From contig CP060758.1 in the NCBI GenBank assembly GCA_023205875.1, positions 496,001-560,000 on the forward strand: a DNA stretch of 64,000 nucleotides. The letters are read 5' to 3'. A program made the translations under genes and the position numbers. The DNA is from Chloropicon primus (lineage: Eukaryota). Position 1 is the first letter of the stretch, and every line of letters starts with the position of its first letter. A model generated the notes under the pieces. That model saw nothing but the letters and a program-made list of their open reading frames with translations. It had not been told where the DNA came from and did not search any database. This document shows positions 1 to 9,888 of this stretch, piece by piece.

Positions 1-972
1 GACGTGTTCGTGATGGGGACGGTGGTGGGCCTGAGGCCGGCGGCGAACAGCGAGCTCGGGGGCTGGGGCAAGAGCCTGTGGTGCGAGTGGAAGGTGGTGA
101 AGGACGACAAGTGGTCCATCGTCAGGGGAGGGAGGGAGGGCCTCACGCACAAGGCCCTGCCGAGCACGGACGACGGGCTCTACGTGTGGCAGAGCCCCCT
201 GAACGTGCAGCTGAGGACGAAGACGAGCTTTGATTGGCCAAAGCTGTGTTTCACGATCTTCGAGAGGGACGGCCTCATGTCCACGGACACGGTCTTCGGC
301 TACTCCCTCGTGTCCCTTCCCATGGAGCCCGGGTACCACCGCCTGGAGGCCAAGTGCTGGCGGCCCACCTCCAGGGTCAAGTGCATCGACTGTGAGTTGA
401 GCGTGGCTTACACGGGGATCAGGCCGGAGCTGAGGAGCAAAAGTCTGATCTGGCAGAGGGAAGGACCTTACATGAACATGCAGACCGTTGGCATCGGGGC
501 GATCGAGCTCGAGCTGAACATCGTGTTCTCCAAGGAGATCGACGAGCTCTTCGATATCGAGCTCACCGAGACGGAGGCCAGCAAGTCGTCGCAGGGCGAC
601 TTGCTGGCGAGCAAAGGGAACGGAGCCTCCTCTCTCGCGGAGGAGCCCCAGAGCGAGGGCCTGAGGATCGTGAGGAGCAGGAGGGGAAAGAGGTTCAACG
701 AGGTCACTTCGAGCCTTGTGGCCGCGAACATGATGAAGAAATCCGTCGGCAAGAAGTTTGATCCCATGTCCAACCCCGCCTCCCCCTTTCCTTCGAGCCA
801 GGCGGCCCAGGGGTCCGCGGGAGGCGTCGACTCTGTGCTCTCCCCGGCGGACCAAGCCCGGGCGGACAGGAGGCAAAGAATGCAAGCCCTCATGCAAGAC
901 AGGGAGCAGAGAAGGGCGGAGCGGGCCCAGAGGAAAAACACCCTCGAGGACCAACCGGGCGACGCGGCTTGA
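1..972 (+). CDS. B9-domain (C2-like) ciliary transition-zone protein, B9D1/B9D2-like; probably 5'-truncated by the window edge
   Basis: Motifs LWCEWKVV..W.I..G..EG.T, VWQSPLNVQLRTKTSFDWPKL and GYSLVSLPMEPGYHRLEAKCWRP match the B9 family. The frame is open from base 1. There is a low-complexity C-terminal extension. Confidence 0.8.
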   Translation, partial: DVFVMGTVVGLRPAANSELGGWGKSLWCEWKVVKDDKWSIVRGGREGLTHKALPSTDDGLYVWQSPLNVQLRTKTSFDWPKLCFTIFERDGLMSTDTVFGYSLVSLPMEPGYHRLEAKCWRPTSRVKCIDCELSVAYTGIRPELRSKSLIWQREGPYMNMQTVGIGAIELELNIVFSKEIDELFDIELTETEASKSSQGDLLASKGNGASSLAEEPQSEGLRIVRSRRGKRFNEVTSSLVAANMMKKSVGKKFDPMSNPASPFPSSQAAQGSAGGVDSVLSPADQARADRRQRMQALMQDREQRRAERAQRKNTLEDQPGDAA

Positions 973-1019
973 GGAATGGAGTTCACTGGTAGTGGTGACT
1001 TGACTTGATCGATTGCGAG

Positions 1020-1345
1020 AAACGATAGATAGAAGCCTTCCTCCTGTAACTTGCACCACCTGCACCCTTCCTCAGAGGGAGGAAAAACACCCTCGAGGAC
1101 CAACCGAGCCTCGACGTCCTCCTTGCGCGTCGTGATGTAATTTTACGCATTTTACGTATCTTCCGAAAAACGATAGAAGCCTCCCCCAACTTGTACCACC
1201 TGCATCCTCCTTCCTCTTGTAACTTGCACCACCTCCTTCCTCCTGTTCCTCCGCCTCCTCTCTCGGGCCTGAGGATCGTGAGGAGCAGGAGGGGAAAGAG
1301 GTTCAACAAGAGGCACTTCGAGCCGCGAACATGACGAAGAAAGCC
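1020..1345 (+). repeat. Rearranged partial duplicate of B9-gene coding segments plus short internal direct repeats
   Basis: 1080-1106 matches 931-957 (aggaaaaacaccctcgaggaccaaccg). About 1253-1342 matches about 625-741 with internal deletions. The aacttg(c/t)accacct motif occurs three times (about 1048, 1188, 1221). Confidence 0.85.
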
Positions 1346-1427
1346 ATTGCACCTCATCCCCCATCTCCCCCTCCCTCCCCCGTCCATTCCTCATTCATTC
1401 TATTCATTCATTCGTCCTCCTCCCGCG

Positions 1428-3929
1428 ATGGCGACGGTGGAGACGATGGCGTCGTCGCAGCACTCCTCCTCCTCCTCCTCATCTTTGGCCGTCAAGGAGG
1501 TCGTATCCTTGCTGGGGAAGACCACGAACGACGTCCTGTCCAGCAAAGATGCTTTCTTGGAGGACCTAAGCGCTTTGCGTAAAGATGTTTCGGCCAAGTC
1601 AGAGAAGAGCACTTCGGTGCTGAACTCCCTGATTCAGACGATAACCGAGGAGGCCCGGTCGAACATAGACCTCGTGAACAAGGTGAACAAACGGAGCGAG
1701 GCCCTTCGGGGCCTCTTCAGAGATATCGAGCAGCTTTGCGAGGAGTCGAGCCAGCTGGTGAATAGGGAGCATGTGACCAAGCTGAGCAGGGCGTCGTATA
1801 ACATCAACAAGACCGTCCAGAACACGGAGGACATCATAGCCATACCCTCCCTCGCTTTGGAGGCCCAGCAGTTCATTCAAGAGGGTCAGGAGAACGAAGA
1901 CGAGGGGGGGGTTGACCTCGTACAGGGTTACGTCGGGATCACGCAGCTCGAGGGAGCGAGCCTTTTCGCCAGGAAGGCCGTCGTGATGCAGCAGGGGGCT
2001 GCCAAAGGGGACTCATCTGAGAACAGGGAAGGCGACTCATCTGACAACCACGAAGATTCGAGGTTTCAAGACACGCTGTCCGAGTACTTTGACAAGGTGC
2101 TGGACACCAGCGCCAAGTTCGAGACTTTCCTTTGGAGCACGATCAGGAACTTCATTGGACTGGGCAGGACTAACCCAGATCAGCTCCTGTCGGCGGTGAA
2201 GGTGGTGGAGATCCAGGAGCACCGAGATAGCCACACCGTGGATGACGGGGCTGAGCTCAAGCCGAAAAAGAAGTGGAAGGACAAGTGCTTCGAGGAGATC
2301 GAGCAGGCGATCGAGAACATCACGCTGCCACTCGCAAAGCTTTGTCAGATGATAGGAGAGTCAGTGGACACGTCCAGGCAGACCCAGACCATTTCGATCG
2401 ACGAGGTGCTCGAGGTGGCGAACTCCGTCGCAGCGGATTTCACTGACATTTACGACTACTCTGCTCCCTGCTTCCCCGCGTCGTACAACATCTTCAACTT
2501 TATGATGAAGGCTTACCACAAGGGGTTCGGCAAGATGATCGATGAGATCGGGGAGCTCGCCCCGTTGCTCTCGAACAGGCAGGTCCTGTCGGTGATCACG
2601 TGGATCACCCAATACCAAGGCTTCATCGAGTCTTTGGGGATTGACATCAGCGCAGAATCCAAGGAGTGGGATTACTGCGACTTGATAGAGGTGAAGAAGG
2701 AATCGAAAGTCCCTCGGGGGGGGCGCCGGAAAAGCATTTTGAGCCTGGATGCCTTCCTCCGGCCTGAGGGGGGCGGCGCGGAGGAGGACAAGGAGGCTGG
2801 CGCTGGGGAAAGGCCGGAGAAGCCTGGGGTGATGGGCTTCAATAACTTGACCCAGATCTTCATGTCTCGGATGAGAGAGTACCTCACGAGCTGGTTCGCC
2901 AACATCATCGAAGCGGAGGAGCAGCAGATGTCGAAACCAAAGGAGGACGATCACGGGAAGCTGTGGACGCCCGCGCTGATAGACTTGTTCAGAATACTGA
3001 ATCAGCAAGTTTCCATCGTGCAGAAGGCGACTACAGGGCCGATGCTCCTTGAAACGTCTCGGACGATCATCCAGGTCATGATCGAGTTCCAGGGGATCGA
3101 GATGGAGAGGCTTGGGCTGAAAGATCGGGGCGAGGCAGCCCTGGAGCTGGCCGTGGCCGCGGTAAACACAAACCTCAAAGCCTACGAAATGTCCTTGGAC
3201 CTCGCTGATACGATCGAGAGCTCCCTCGACGAGAACTGCAGGGGCGTTGTGGACATAGAAGAGGCCTGCAGGGGTTTCTTGCAAGTTTCCAAGCTCGCTG
3301 TCGACCAGGTCGTGAGCTGCATCATAGAAGACGAAGGGATTGTGCAGATGTTTTCCCGGTCGATGTTCAGCCCCAGCTGGCTGACTGGAGGTGCGACCAG
3401 CGTTCTTCTCGCGACTTTGGAGGACTACATGCAGGACGTCACGCGCTGGATCGAAAAGTCCTTCCTGAAAAGGGTCGTCGAGTCCCTGATCACGAAAGTG
3501 GTGGACAAATGGATCGAGGCGTTCATCGCGCAGACGCCCATCATCCAGAAGGACGTGACCGACCAGATCGTGAGGGACTGCCTCCAGCTCCGGGATTTCT
3601 TTGCGGATTACAGCAGGGATAGCAACCACAAAGCTTTCCAGCTCATGGAATCCTTCTCGGACATCGTGGACGCGGAAGATGCAGACTCTTTCGTCATCTC
3701 GTACAGGCTTTTGCTGGAAGTGAGGGACGATTTTGCGCCAAGCAACTTGGAGAAGGTGCTCAGCGCGCGGGAGGACATCAACAAGAAGGAGGCTGCCAAC
3801 GTGCTGTCCCAGTGCGAGGAGATATTCTCCTCGAGAAAAAATTTGCTGTCAGGCCATTCCATAAAGGCCGTGTCGACCGCGTACAGATTTTTCAAGCACT
3901 CAAAGTCGAACAGCAAGCAGAAGCAGTGA
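1428..3929 (+). CDS. SEC6: Exocyst complex component Sec6 (EXOC3)
   Basis: About 833-aa helical protein with an N-terminal coiled coil and Sec6-like motifs (APCFPASYNIF, GKLWTPALIDLFRILNQQ, ATLEDYMQD). First ATG is at 1428. Confidence 0.85.
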   Translation: MATVETMASSQHSSSSSSSLAVKEVVSLLGKTTNDVLSSKDAFLEDLSALRKDVSAKSEKSTSVLNSLIQTITEEARSNIDLVNKVNKRSEALRGLFRDIEQLCEESSQLVNREHVTKLSRASYNINKTVQNTEDIIAIPSLALEAQQFIQEGQENEDEGGVDLVQGYVGITQLEGASLFARKAVVMQQGAAKGDSSENREGDSSDNHEDSRFQDTLSEYFDKVLDTSAKFETFLWSTIRNFIGLGRTNPDQLLSAVKVVEIQEHRDSHTVDDGAELKPKKKWKDKCFEEIEQAIENITLPLAKLCQMIGESVDTSRQTQTISIDEVLEVANSVAADFTDIYDYSAPCFPASYNIFNFMMKAYHKGFGKMIDEIGELAPLLSNRQVLSVITWITQYQGFIESLGIDISAESKEWDYCDLIEVKKESKVPRGGRRKSILSLDAFLRPEGGGAEEDKEAGAGERPEKPGVMGFNNLTQIFMSRMREYLTSWFANIIEAEEQQMSKPKEDDHGKLWTPALIDLFRILNQQVSIVQKATTGPMLLETSRTIIQVMIEFQGIEMERLGLKDRGEAALELAVAAVNTNLKAYEMSLDLADTIESSLDENCRGVVDIEEACRGFLQVSKLAVDQVVSCIIEDEGIVQMFSRSMFSPSWLTGGATSVLLATLEDYMQDVTRWIEKSFLKRVVESLITKVVDKWIEAFIAQTPIIQKDVTDQIVRDCLQLRDFFADYSRDSNHKAFQLMESFSDIVDAEDADSFVISYRLLLEVRDDFAPSNLEKVLSAREDINKKEAANVLSQCEEIFSSRKNLLSGHSIKAVSTAYRFFKHSKSNSKQKQ

Positions 3930-3979
3930 ATCGTTTATATATTTTTGTATAACAGGGCCCCCGTTTTCAAGAACGCGCA

Positions 3980-5263
3980 TCACACAAGGAGCTGCAATCC
4001 CTTCCTCTCAAGCCTCCTCCTTTTGCTCCACCTCTCCTTGCCCTTCCTCTTCTCTTCAATTCCAAAGAGTTGCTTCTTCGCCTCCTCGACGTTGAAGCTG
4101 CCGCCCTCGGCGCAGAGAAGGTAAATCCTGCACTTCTGGCGGCCGAGCAGCAGCTGCCTTTCCGCAAGCACGCGCAGCCACGACGCCTCCTCCAGGCACT
4201 TGAGCATCGTGCCGTGATTCTCGTAGTTGGTCAGCAGAGCGGCCCTCCCCGTCTCCCTCTTCAGGACCCTCTCCATCTCTCGGAAGAAGCGAGGGTAAAG
4301 CTCTTTGTTTTCGCTCACGGACCCAAAGTGGAAACCGAAGGGCAGGTCGCAGGCGATGACATCCACGGATTGGTCCTCCAACGGCATTCGGGTCGCATCT
4401 ACCTTGCCGATCTGCACCTCGCCATCCAGCACCCCCGTGTTCTTCGTGGCCGCTTCGACCATGCTTTGATCCACGTCGTAGCCCACAAGCTTCACGCCGG
4501 AGCATATCCGGAACGCCTCCATCAGCAAGATGCCCTTGCCACACATGGGGTCCAGCAACGTTTCCCCGGCCTGGATGTTCGTGGCCCGAATGACCCCCCA
4601 GCTCACCACGGGGTCGAGCCCCTTGATCGAAATGTTCCCCTCGCTGAAATCCACTTGCTTTGCGAGGTCGAACCCCACCAAAACTCCGGCGTCGCTGAGC
4701 TGGACCGTGATCGTCAAGTCCGGCTCCCTCAGGCTGGCGCGCCAACCGAGGCCCTCCAAGGTCGCCTCCAGGGCCTTCCCCTGGCTCGCCGCGATTTCGC
4801 TCGTGGAGTGCTGCTGAAGGACCCTTCCCGAGCGCTTGCAAGTCACCCTGAACTTGATGGCCGCAGAGCTCCTCCCCAGCAGCCCGAGCAGCCTGCTCGC
4901 CTTCTTGAAATCGCTCCCCACCACCAGAGCTCGGAGGTCTTCCAAGCTTTGGGGGGTCTCCCCCCGGGGCTTCCCCGTCGTCTCGCGAAGCAGGAGGAGG
5001 CACCCCACCCGTTCCACGGCCCTGAGGCTGGTCAGAGCCCCCCTCGGCTCCGGAACCTTTGACCTGAAGCACAGCTTCCCGCCCATGGCGACCCTCACGG
5101 CCTCCCGGTCCACCCCCATCACGTCCCGCAGCTCGGTCCTCGCCACGTTCAGCATGCTCCTCGCCGCCACCGTGGCGTAGTAATCGTAGTAATCGTCGTC
5201 GGAGGGGGGCTGGTTAGCAGGGTCGCTGCTGCGGGGCGGAGCCCCTCCCTCTCCCGCCGCCAT
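3980..5263 (-). CDS. THUMP-domain SAM-dependent RNA methyltransferase (THUMPD2/3-like)
   Basis: THUMP-like FRVTCKRSG segment followed by methyltransferase motifs LLDPMCGKG, GYDVD, DAT.MP and DVIACDLPFG. ATG is at 5263. Confidence 0.8.
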   Translation of the reverse strand: MAAGEGGAPPRSSDPANQPPSDDDYYDYYATVAARSMLNVARTELRDVMGVDREAVRVAMGGKLCFRSKVPEPRGALTSLRAVERVGCLLLLRETTGKPRGETPQSLEDLRALVVGSDFKKASRLLGLLGRSSAAIKFRVTCKRSGRVLQQHSTSEIAASQGKALEATLEGLGWRASLREPDLTITVQLSDAGVLVGFDLAKQVDFSEGNISIKGLDPVVSWGVIRATNIQAGETLLDPMCGKGILLMEAFRICSGVKLVGYDVDQSMVEAATKNTGVLDGEVQIGKVDATRMPLEDQSVDVIACDLPFGFHFGSVSENKELYPRFFREMERVLKRETGRAALLTNYENHGTMLKCLEEASWLRVLAERQLLLGRQKCRIYLLCAEGGSFNVEEAKKQLFGIEEKRKGKERWSKRRRLERKGLQLLV

Positions 5264-5403
5264 GATCGATTTATTGATCGATTGATTGCCCTGCTCCTTT
5301 TTTTTGAGCAGGGTTTCGACGCTAGAGTTGAAGAACGCTGCTCCTCTAGCCAATCAGGTGAGGTGGCCCAGTGGAATTGAATTGAATATCTCTCCTGAAA
5401 ACC

Positions 5404-5556
5404 CCTCTGGTCCCTCCAATCAGTCTCCAACCTCCGATATCCCCCCAGCCCGACTTCTTCCCCCCTCCAACCAGTCTCCCCCCTGATCCCTTTCCCTCCA
5501 ACCCTCTCTCTCTCCCCTTCTCCTCCTCTGGTCCCCTCCAATCAGTCTCCCCCCCT
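5404..5556. repeat. Three degenerate copies (about 60-bp period) of cctccaa(t/c)cagtctcc in the divergent promoter between the THUMP and IF2 genes
   Basis: Copies at about 5404-5428, 5461-5485 and 5525-5550, with a further ccaatcag at about 5350. Confidence 0.7.
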
Positions 5557-5868
5557 GGCCCCTCCACTTTTCCCTTCTCTCCTCTGTCTTCGTTGTGGTG
5601 TACTGTGATTACACTCATATACCGCCTTATCCACGGCACGGCCTCCACGCCTGCTCTCCACGAAAAACCAGACCACCAGGACCCACACGACAAACACACA
5701 ACACAAACCAAGAACAACAACGAACACAACAACACGACGACGACGGAGACGAACAACATAACAAACGCAGTCTCTGGGGCTTTCGATTGACACCGCACTC
5801 GAAGGATTCCACGACCGGAGTCGTCGAGGACGAGGACTCGAACAAGGGGCATCGAGGCTCGGGACGGG

Positions 5869-8508
5869 ATGAGGGGGTTGACGGGAGGGAGGAACGGGGC
5901 CAAGGGGGTCGGGGGAAGGGAGAAGGGTGGAGCTGTCGTGGCGAGGAAGGCATGCGGCCAGGACAGAGGCGCCACCGCCGCGGTGGGGGTTGCCTCGCCC
6001 TGTCTCGGGAGGAGGAGGGACGGGAAGGCCCTGACCGCAGTCTTGGGTTTGGACGGGAGGGGGAAGTCGTCGTCCCCGCTCGGGCTGGCCCGAGGAAGCA
6101 TGCAAGCGTGCGCCGCAAGGGTCGAGCAGAGGGAGGCAGCGGCGTCCTCGGTGGAGACGATCGAGTTCCCGAGGGAGGTCGCCGGGTTTCTTATCGGGAA
6201 GAAGGGCGCGCACGTGAGGGCCGTGTCCAAGAGGACCAACGTGAGGATCGACAGCAGGGACGAGGGGAAGAAACGCGTGTTTACCGTGAAGCCGAACCGC
6301 AAGAGCGACAAGGAGGCCGTGAGCGAGGCCATGGGCATCATGAAGGAGGCGGCGAGAGCCTATCAGGATGTCCTGAATGGGACCACCACCGCCACCAGCA
6401 ACGACGGGGTCGACGAGATCGTCATCCAGGGGATTAAGTTCGGGTACACCCAGCAGAACCGCACGCAGGGGTCGAGGAGGCGCGGGGGCCAGGGCAACAA
6501 CAACACCGGCTTCAGGAACGACAGCAGGAACGGAGCTGGCTACAATAACAGCAACGGGAGGGGGAGCAACGGGAGGGGGAGCAACGGGAGGGGCGGCGGG
6601 AGGGGCGGCGGGAGGGGCGGCGGGAGGGGCGGCGGCAGCAGGAAGGTCTCTGGCAACGTGATCGAGAAGAAGAGGAGCGCGAGGGCTCAGAGGAAGGAGC
6701 TCCGGGAGAGTCGGGTCTCCAAGAGGGAGAGGCAGGAGATCTTTGAGATTCCAGAGGAGGGCATGGCGATCTCCGACCTCGCGGTCGAGCTGGCCGTGGA
6801 CCCCACCGAGATCGTGAAGGTCCTGTTCTTGAACGGCAAGATGGCGTCCGTGAACCAGATCATTGACGCCGAGAGCGTAACTTTAGTCGCGGAGCACTAC
6901 GACGTCGAGGTGCTCGAGAAGGAGAGCGACGACGCGGTGGTGAAGGTCACCTTCGAGGACGACAAGGACATGGGCGACGGGGACATGGAGACTCGGCCCC
7001 CGGTGGTTGCCATCATGGGCCACGTCGACCACGGGAAGACCTCGTTGCTGGACCGCCTGAGAAAGTCCCGCGTCGCGGAGGGCGAGGCCGGAGGAATCAC
7101 TCAGTCGATAGGAGCGTACAGCATCAACGTGAAGGACCACTGGATCACGTTCCTGGACACGCCGGGGCACGAGGCCTTCAGCGCGATGAGGGCGAGAGGA
7201 GCCAGCGTGACAGACATCGCAGTCCTGGTCGTGGCCGCGGACGACGGCGTCAAGCCCCAGACGAAGGAAGCGCTGCAGCAAGCGCAGTCCGCGGGCGTGC
7301 CGATCATCGTGGCGATCACGAAGATGGACGTGGCGGGGGCCCAAATCGAGAGGGTCAAGCAGGAACTCTCTCAAGTCAACCTTCTGCCGGAGGAATGGGG
7401 CGGGGAGACCGTGGTCGTGCCGATGAGCTCCAAGACCGGGGAGGGAGTCGACAGCCTGCTGGATTCCATCGTGCTGCTGTCGGACGTGTACGAGTACAAG
7501 GGGGTGCAGAACGTTCCGGCCAGGGGGACGATCTTGGAGGCCCACATGGACAAGACTTGCGGCCCCGTCGCTTCTTGCATTGTGCAAGCGGGCAGCCTGA
7601 GGGTCGGGGACGTCGTTGCCGCGGGGACGGGGTACGGGAGGGTCAAGTCCATGGTGGACGCCTCGGGGGAGCACAAGTCCGAGGTCCAGCCCTCATTCGC
7701 GGTGCAGATGACCGGGCTGAGCAAGGTGCCCAGCGCCGGGGACGCCTTCCAGGTCGTGGGGGACGAGCAGAAGGCCAGGGAGATGGCGGAGAAGGCCCTG
7801 GACAAGGAGCGCAAGGCGAGGCTGAGCGAGCAGAGCAGCGGAAGCTTCTTCAGCGCGAGCTCCTTCGACGGGTTTGACGGCTCGGAGGGCGAGGTGAAGA
7901 TCCTGAACGCCATCCTGAGGGCCGGGGCCTCGGGCTCCCTGGAGGCAGTCAAGGGGTCCCTCAGGGAGCTGCCCCAGGAGAAGGTGATCCTGAGGCACCT
8001 CTCCACGGCGACCGGGGAGATCACGCAGTCGGACGTGGACCTGGCCTCCACCAGCGACGCCCTCATCATCGGGTTCGATGTGACCCCGAGCGAGGACGTC
8101 CTGGCCCACGCCAAGCAGCTCGGCGTGCAGATCTACAGCTCGGACATCATCTACAACCTCATCCAGGACACGGAGAGGTCCATGATCGACCTGCTGGAGG
8201 ACATCGAGGTCCTGGACCAGGTCGGCGAGGCCGAGGTCCTGGCTGTGTTCGGGTCGAACAACTCCAAGGTCGCGGGCTGCAAGGTGACCGACGGCGTCCT
8301 GCAGAGCACCAGCAGGGTCCACGTCGTGAGGAGGAAGAAGACCGTGTTCGAGGGCGACGTCACCTCCCTCCGGATCGTCAAGGAGAACGTCTCCGAGGTC
8401 CTGGAGGGCTCCGAGTGCGGCTTGGGGTGCGACGACTTCGAGGGGTGGCAGGCCGGCGACAAGATCGTCGCGTACTCCGTGTCGAAGACCAGCCCAAGCC
8501 TGGACTGA
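5869..8508 (+). CDS. infB: Organellar (probably plastid) translation initiation factor IF-2 with N-terminal KH domain and RGG repeats
   Basis: G-domain motifs RPPVVAIMGHVDHGKTSLLD, EAGGITQ, FLDTPGHEAFSAMRARGA and C-terminal ECG. The N-terminus is transit-peptide-like. KH signature FPREVAGFLIGKKGAHVRAVSKRTNVRI. Confidence 0.93.
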   Translation: MRGLTGGRNGAKGVGGREKGGAVVARKACGQDRGATAAVGVASPCLGRRRDGKALTAVLGLDGRGKSSSPLGLARGSMQACAARVEQREAAASSVETIEFPREVAGFLIGKKGAHVRAVSKRTNVRIDSRDEGKKRVFTVKPNRKSDKEAVSEAMGIMKEAARAYQDVLNGTTTATSNDGVDEIVIQGIKFGYTQQNRTQGSRRRGGQGNNNTGFRNDSRNGAGYNNSNGRGSNGRGSNGRGGGRGGGRGGGRGGGSRKVSGNVIEKKRSARAQRKELRESRVSKRERQEIFEIPEEGMAISDLAVELAVDPTEIVKVLFLNGKMASVNQIIDAESVTLVAEHYDVEVLEKESDDAVVKVTFEDDKDMGDGDMETRPPVVAIMGHVDHGKTSLLDRLRKSRVAEGEAGGITQSIGAYSINVKDHWITFLDTPGHEAFSAMRARGASVTDIAVLVVAADDGVKPQTKEALQQAQSAGVPIIVAITKMDVAGAQIERVKQELSQVNLLPEEWGGETVVVPMSSKTGEGVDSLLDSIVLLSDVYEYKGVQNVPARGTILEAHMDKTCGPVASCIVQAGSLRVGDVVAAGTGYGRVKSMVDASGEHKSEVQPSFAVQMTGLSKVPSAGDAFQVVGDEQKAREMAEKALDKERKARLSEQSSGSFFSASSFDGFDGSEGEVKILNAILRAGASGSLEAVKGSLRELPQEKVILRHLSTATGEITQSDVDLASTSDALIIGFDVTPSEDVLAHAKQLGVQIYSSDIIYNLIQDTERSMIDLLEDIEVLDQVGEAEVLAVFGSNNSKVAGCKVTDGVLQSTSRVHVVRRKKTVFEGDVTSLRIVKENVSEVLEGSECGLGCDDFEGWQAGDKIVAYSVSKTSPSLD

Positions 8509-8963
8509 TACATGCATGGAATGAACCCGTGTTACAAGCAAGCAAGCGAAGCAACAAAAAGGAATACAGAAATAAGTAAGAAGAATAAAAAAATATATGT
8601 GTACCTTTACTTTTTGGTTGGGGACTTTACCAATACCAATACCAATACTGCTTTTTTTCATTGGACGCCAGCATGGGCTTTGACTCCTCTCTTTGTTTTG
8701 TCTCCCCACCTTGTCACTCCTTTTGAGTTTTGTTCTGAGAAATTTAATAATTCTGTGAGAAAACTACCAATACCGATTACGAATCAACTCTATCGAGAAT
8801 GTCTCTGAACGAACATAATAAAGCCAAAGCTGGGAAAGAGCGCTTCCCAATTTCCTATAACGCATGTGTGTGTCCGTCCAAAGACGAGCGGGGAGAAAAC
8901 GGACGACGCGACCCACAATTCAATACCGAGCGACGACTTGGCGACCGAGAGAGCACCCAATCC

Positions 8964-9722
8964 ATGACGATGATGATGAGAAAGACATTGATCGCGAGCC
9001 TGTCCGCCCTCCTCCTCTTCGCGGCGACCTGCATGGCGTGCGCCCAGGAGGAGTCGGTGACCTCGAGCCCGAGCCTTCCCGCGGGCATGAGTGAGGAGGA
9101 CCTCGTCGAGGTCACCGCGGTGGTGGAGTCGTGCAGCGGGAACTTTGCGGACATCGCGGCGCTTTACATGGTGGAGGCCAGTCCCCTGATCACGCTCGTG
9201 GAGAGCGAGATGCTGAGGGCCCAGTCGGAGGACGCGACCGCCCAGAGCAAGAGCACCTCGGAGGCTGGGAATGAGGCTGCTGCTGGCACTGGGGGAGACG
9301 TCAAGGGCGCCATCCTGAGAATCCTCGAGTCCGAGGAGTGGGACGCCCTGTTGAACTCGGAGTCCCTGCAGAAGATCTCCGACGAGATGGAGCTGGACTG
9401 CGTGATGGAGAACGAGGCCTTCGCGGAGATGTTCATGGGAATCGTCGGACAGCAGGGCGTCACGGAGGACCACGAGCTTTACCCCGTGATCAAGGACGCC
9501 CCCGCCATCATCGCGGGCTACTACTCGTGCGGCGGAAGGATCAAGCCGGTGATGCAGTTCGCTGACGGCGTGGTGCCCGACATCCTCGGCGCCGAGGCGT
9601 TCGACCCCCTGTCGATTCTCAGCAGCCCGCACTTCATCGAGCTCCAGGCCTCTGGGTTCGACATGGCGTGCTTCTTCGGCGTCCCGGAGGTGAGCGGCCT
9701 GCTCGCGGGCGTGATGGGGTGA
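8964..9722 (+). CDS. Hypothetical secreted acidic protein
   Basis: Signal peptide MMRKTLIASLSALLLFAATCMACA-QEE, strong GC3 codon bias, several Cys. No family recognised. Confidence 0.65.
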   Translation: MTMMMRKTLIASLSALLLFAATCMACAQEESVTSSPSLPAGMSEEDLVEVTAVVESCSGNFADIAALYMVEASPLITLVESEMLRAQSEDATAQSKSTSEAGNEAAAGTGGDVKGAILRILESEEWDALLNSESLQKISDEMELDCVMENEAFAEMFMGIVGQQGVTEDHELYPVIKDAPAIIAGYYSCGGRIKPVMQFADGVVPDILGAEAFDPLSILSSPHFIELQASGFDMACFFGVPEVSGLLAGVMG

Positions 9723-9888
9723 GAGGACCCCGAGATGGCGTTCGCGGACAACTGCGCGGCAGCAAGCGAACCCAGACGCAGACAACAGACGCCCTTTAAA
9801 GAAGAAGAAAAAATCAGCGCTTTTTGCTTTTCAATACACAACTACAACGAAACAACCAAGGAGATCACCCGTCCTCGAGGCTTTTTTT

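Noticed and set aside
1020..5556. Spaced short repeats as a CRISPR-like array
   Set aside because: The context is eukaryotic, the repeats are degenerate and irregular, and there are no cas genes.
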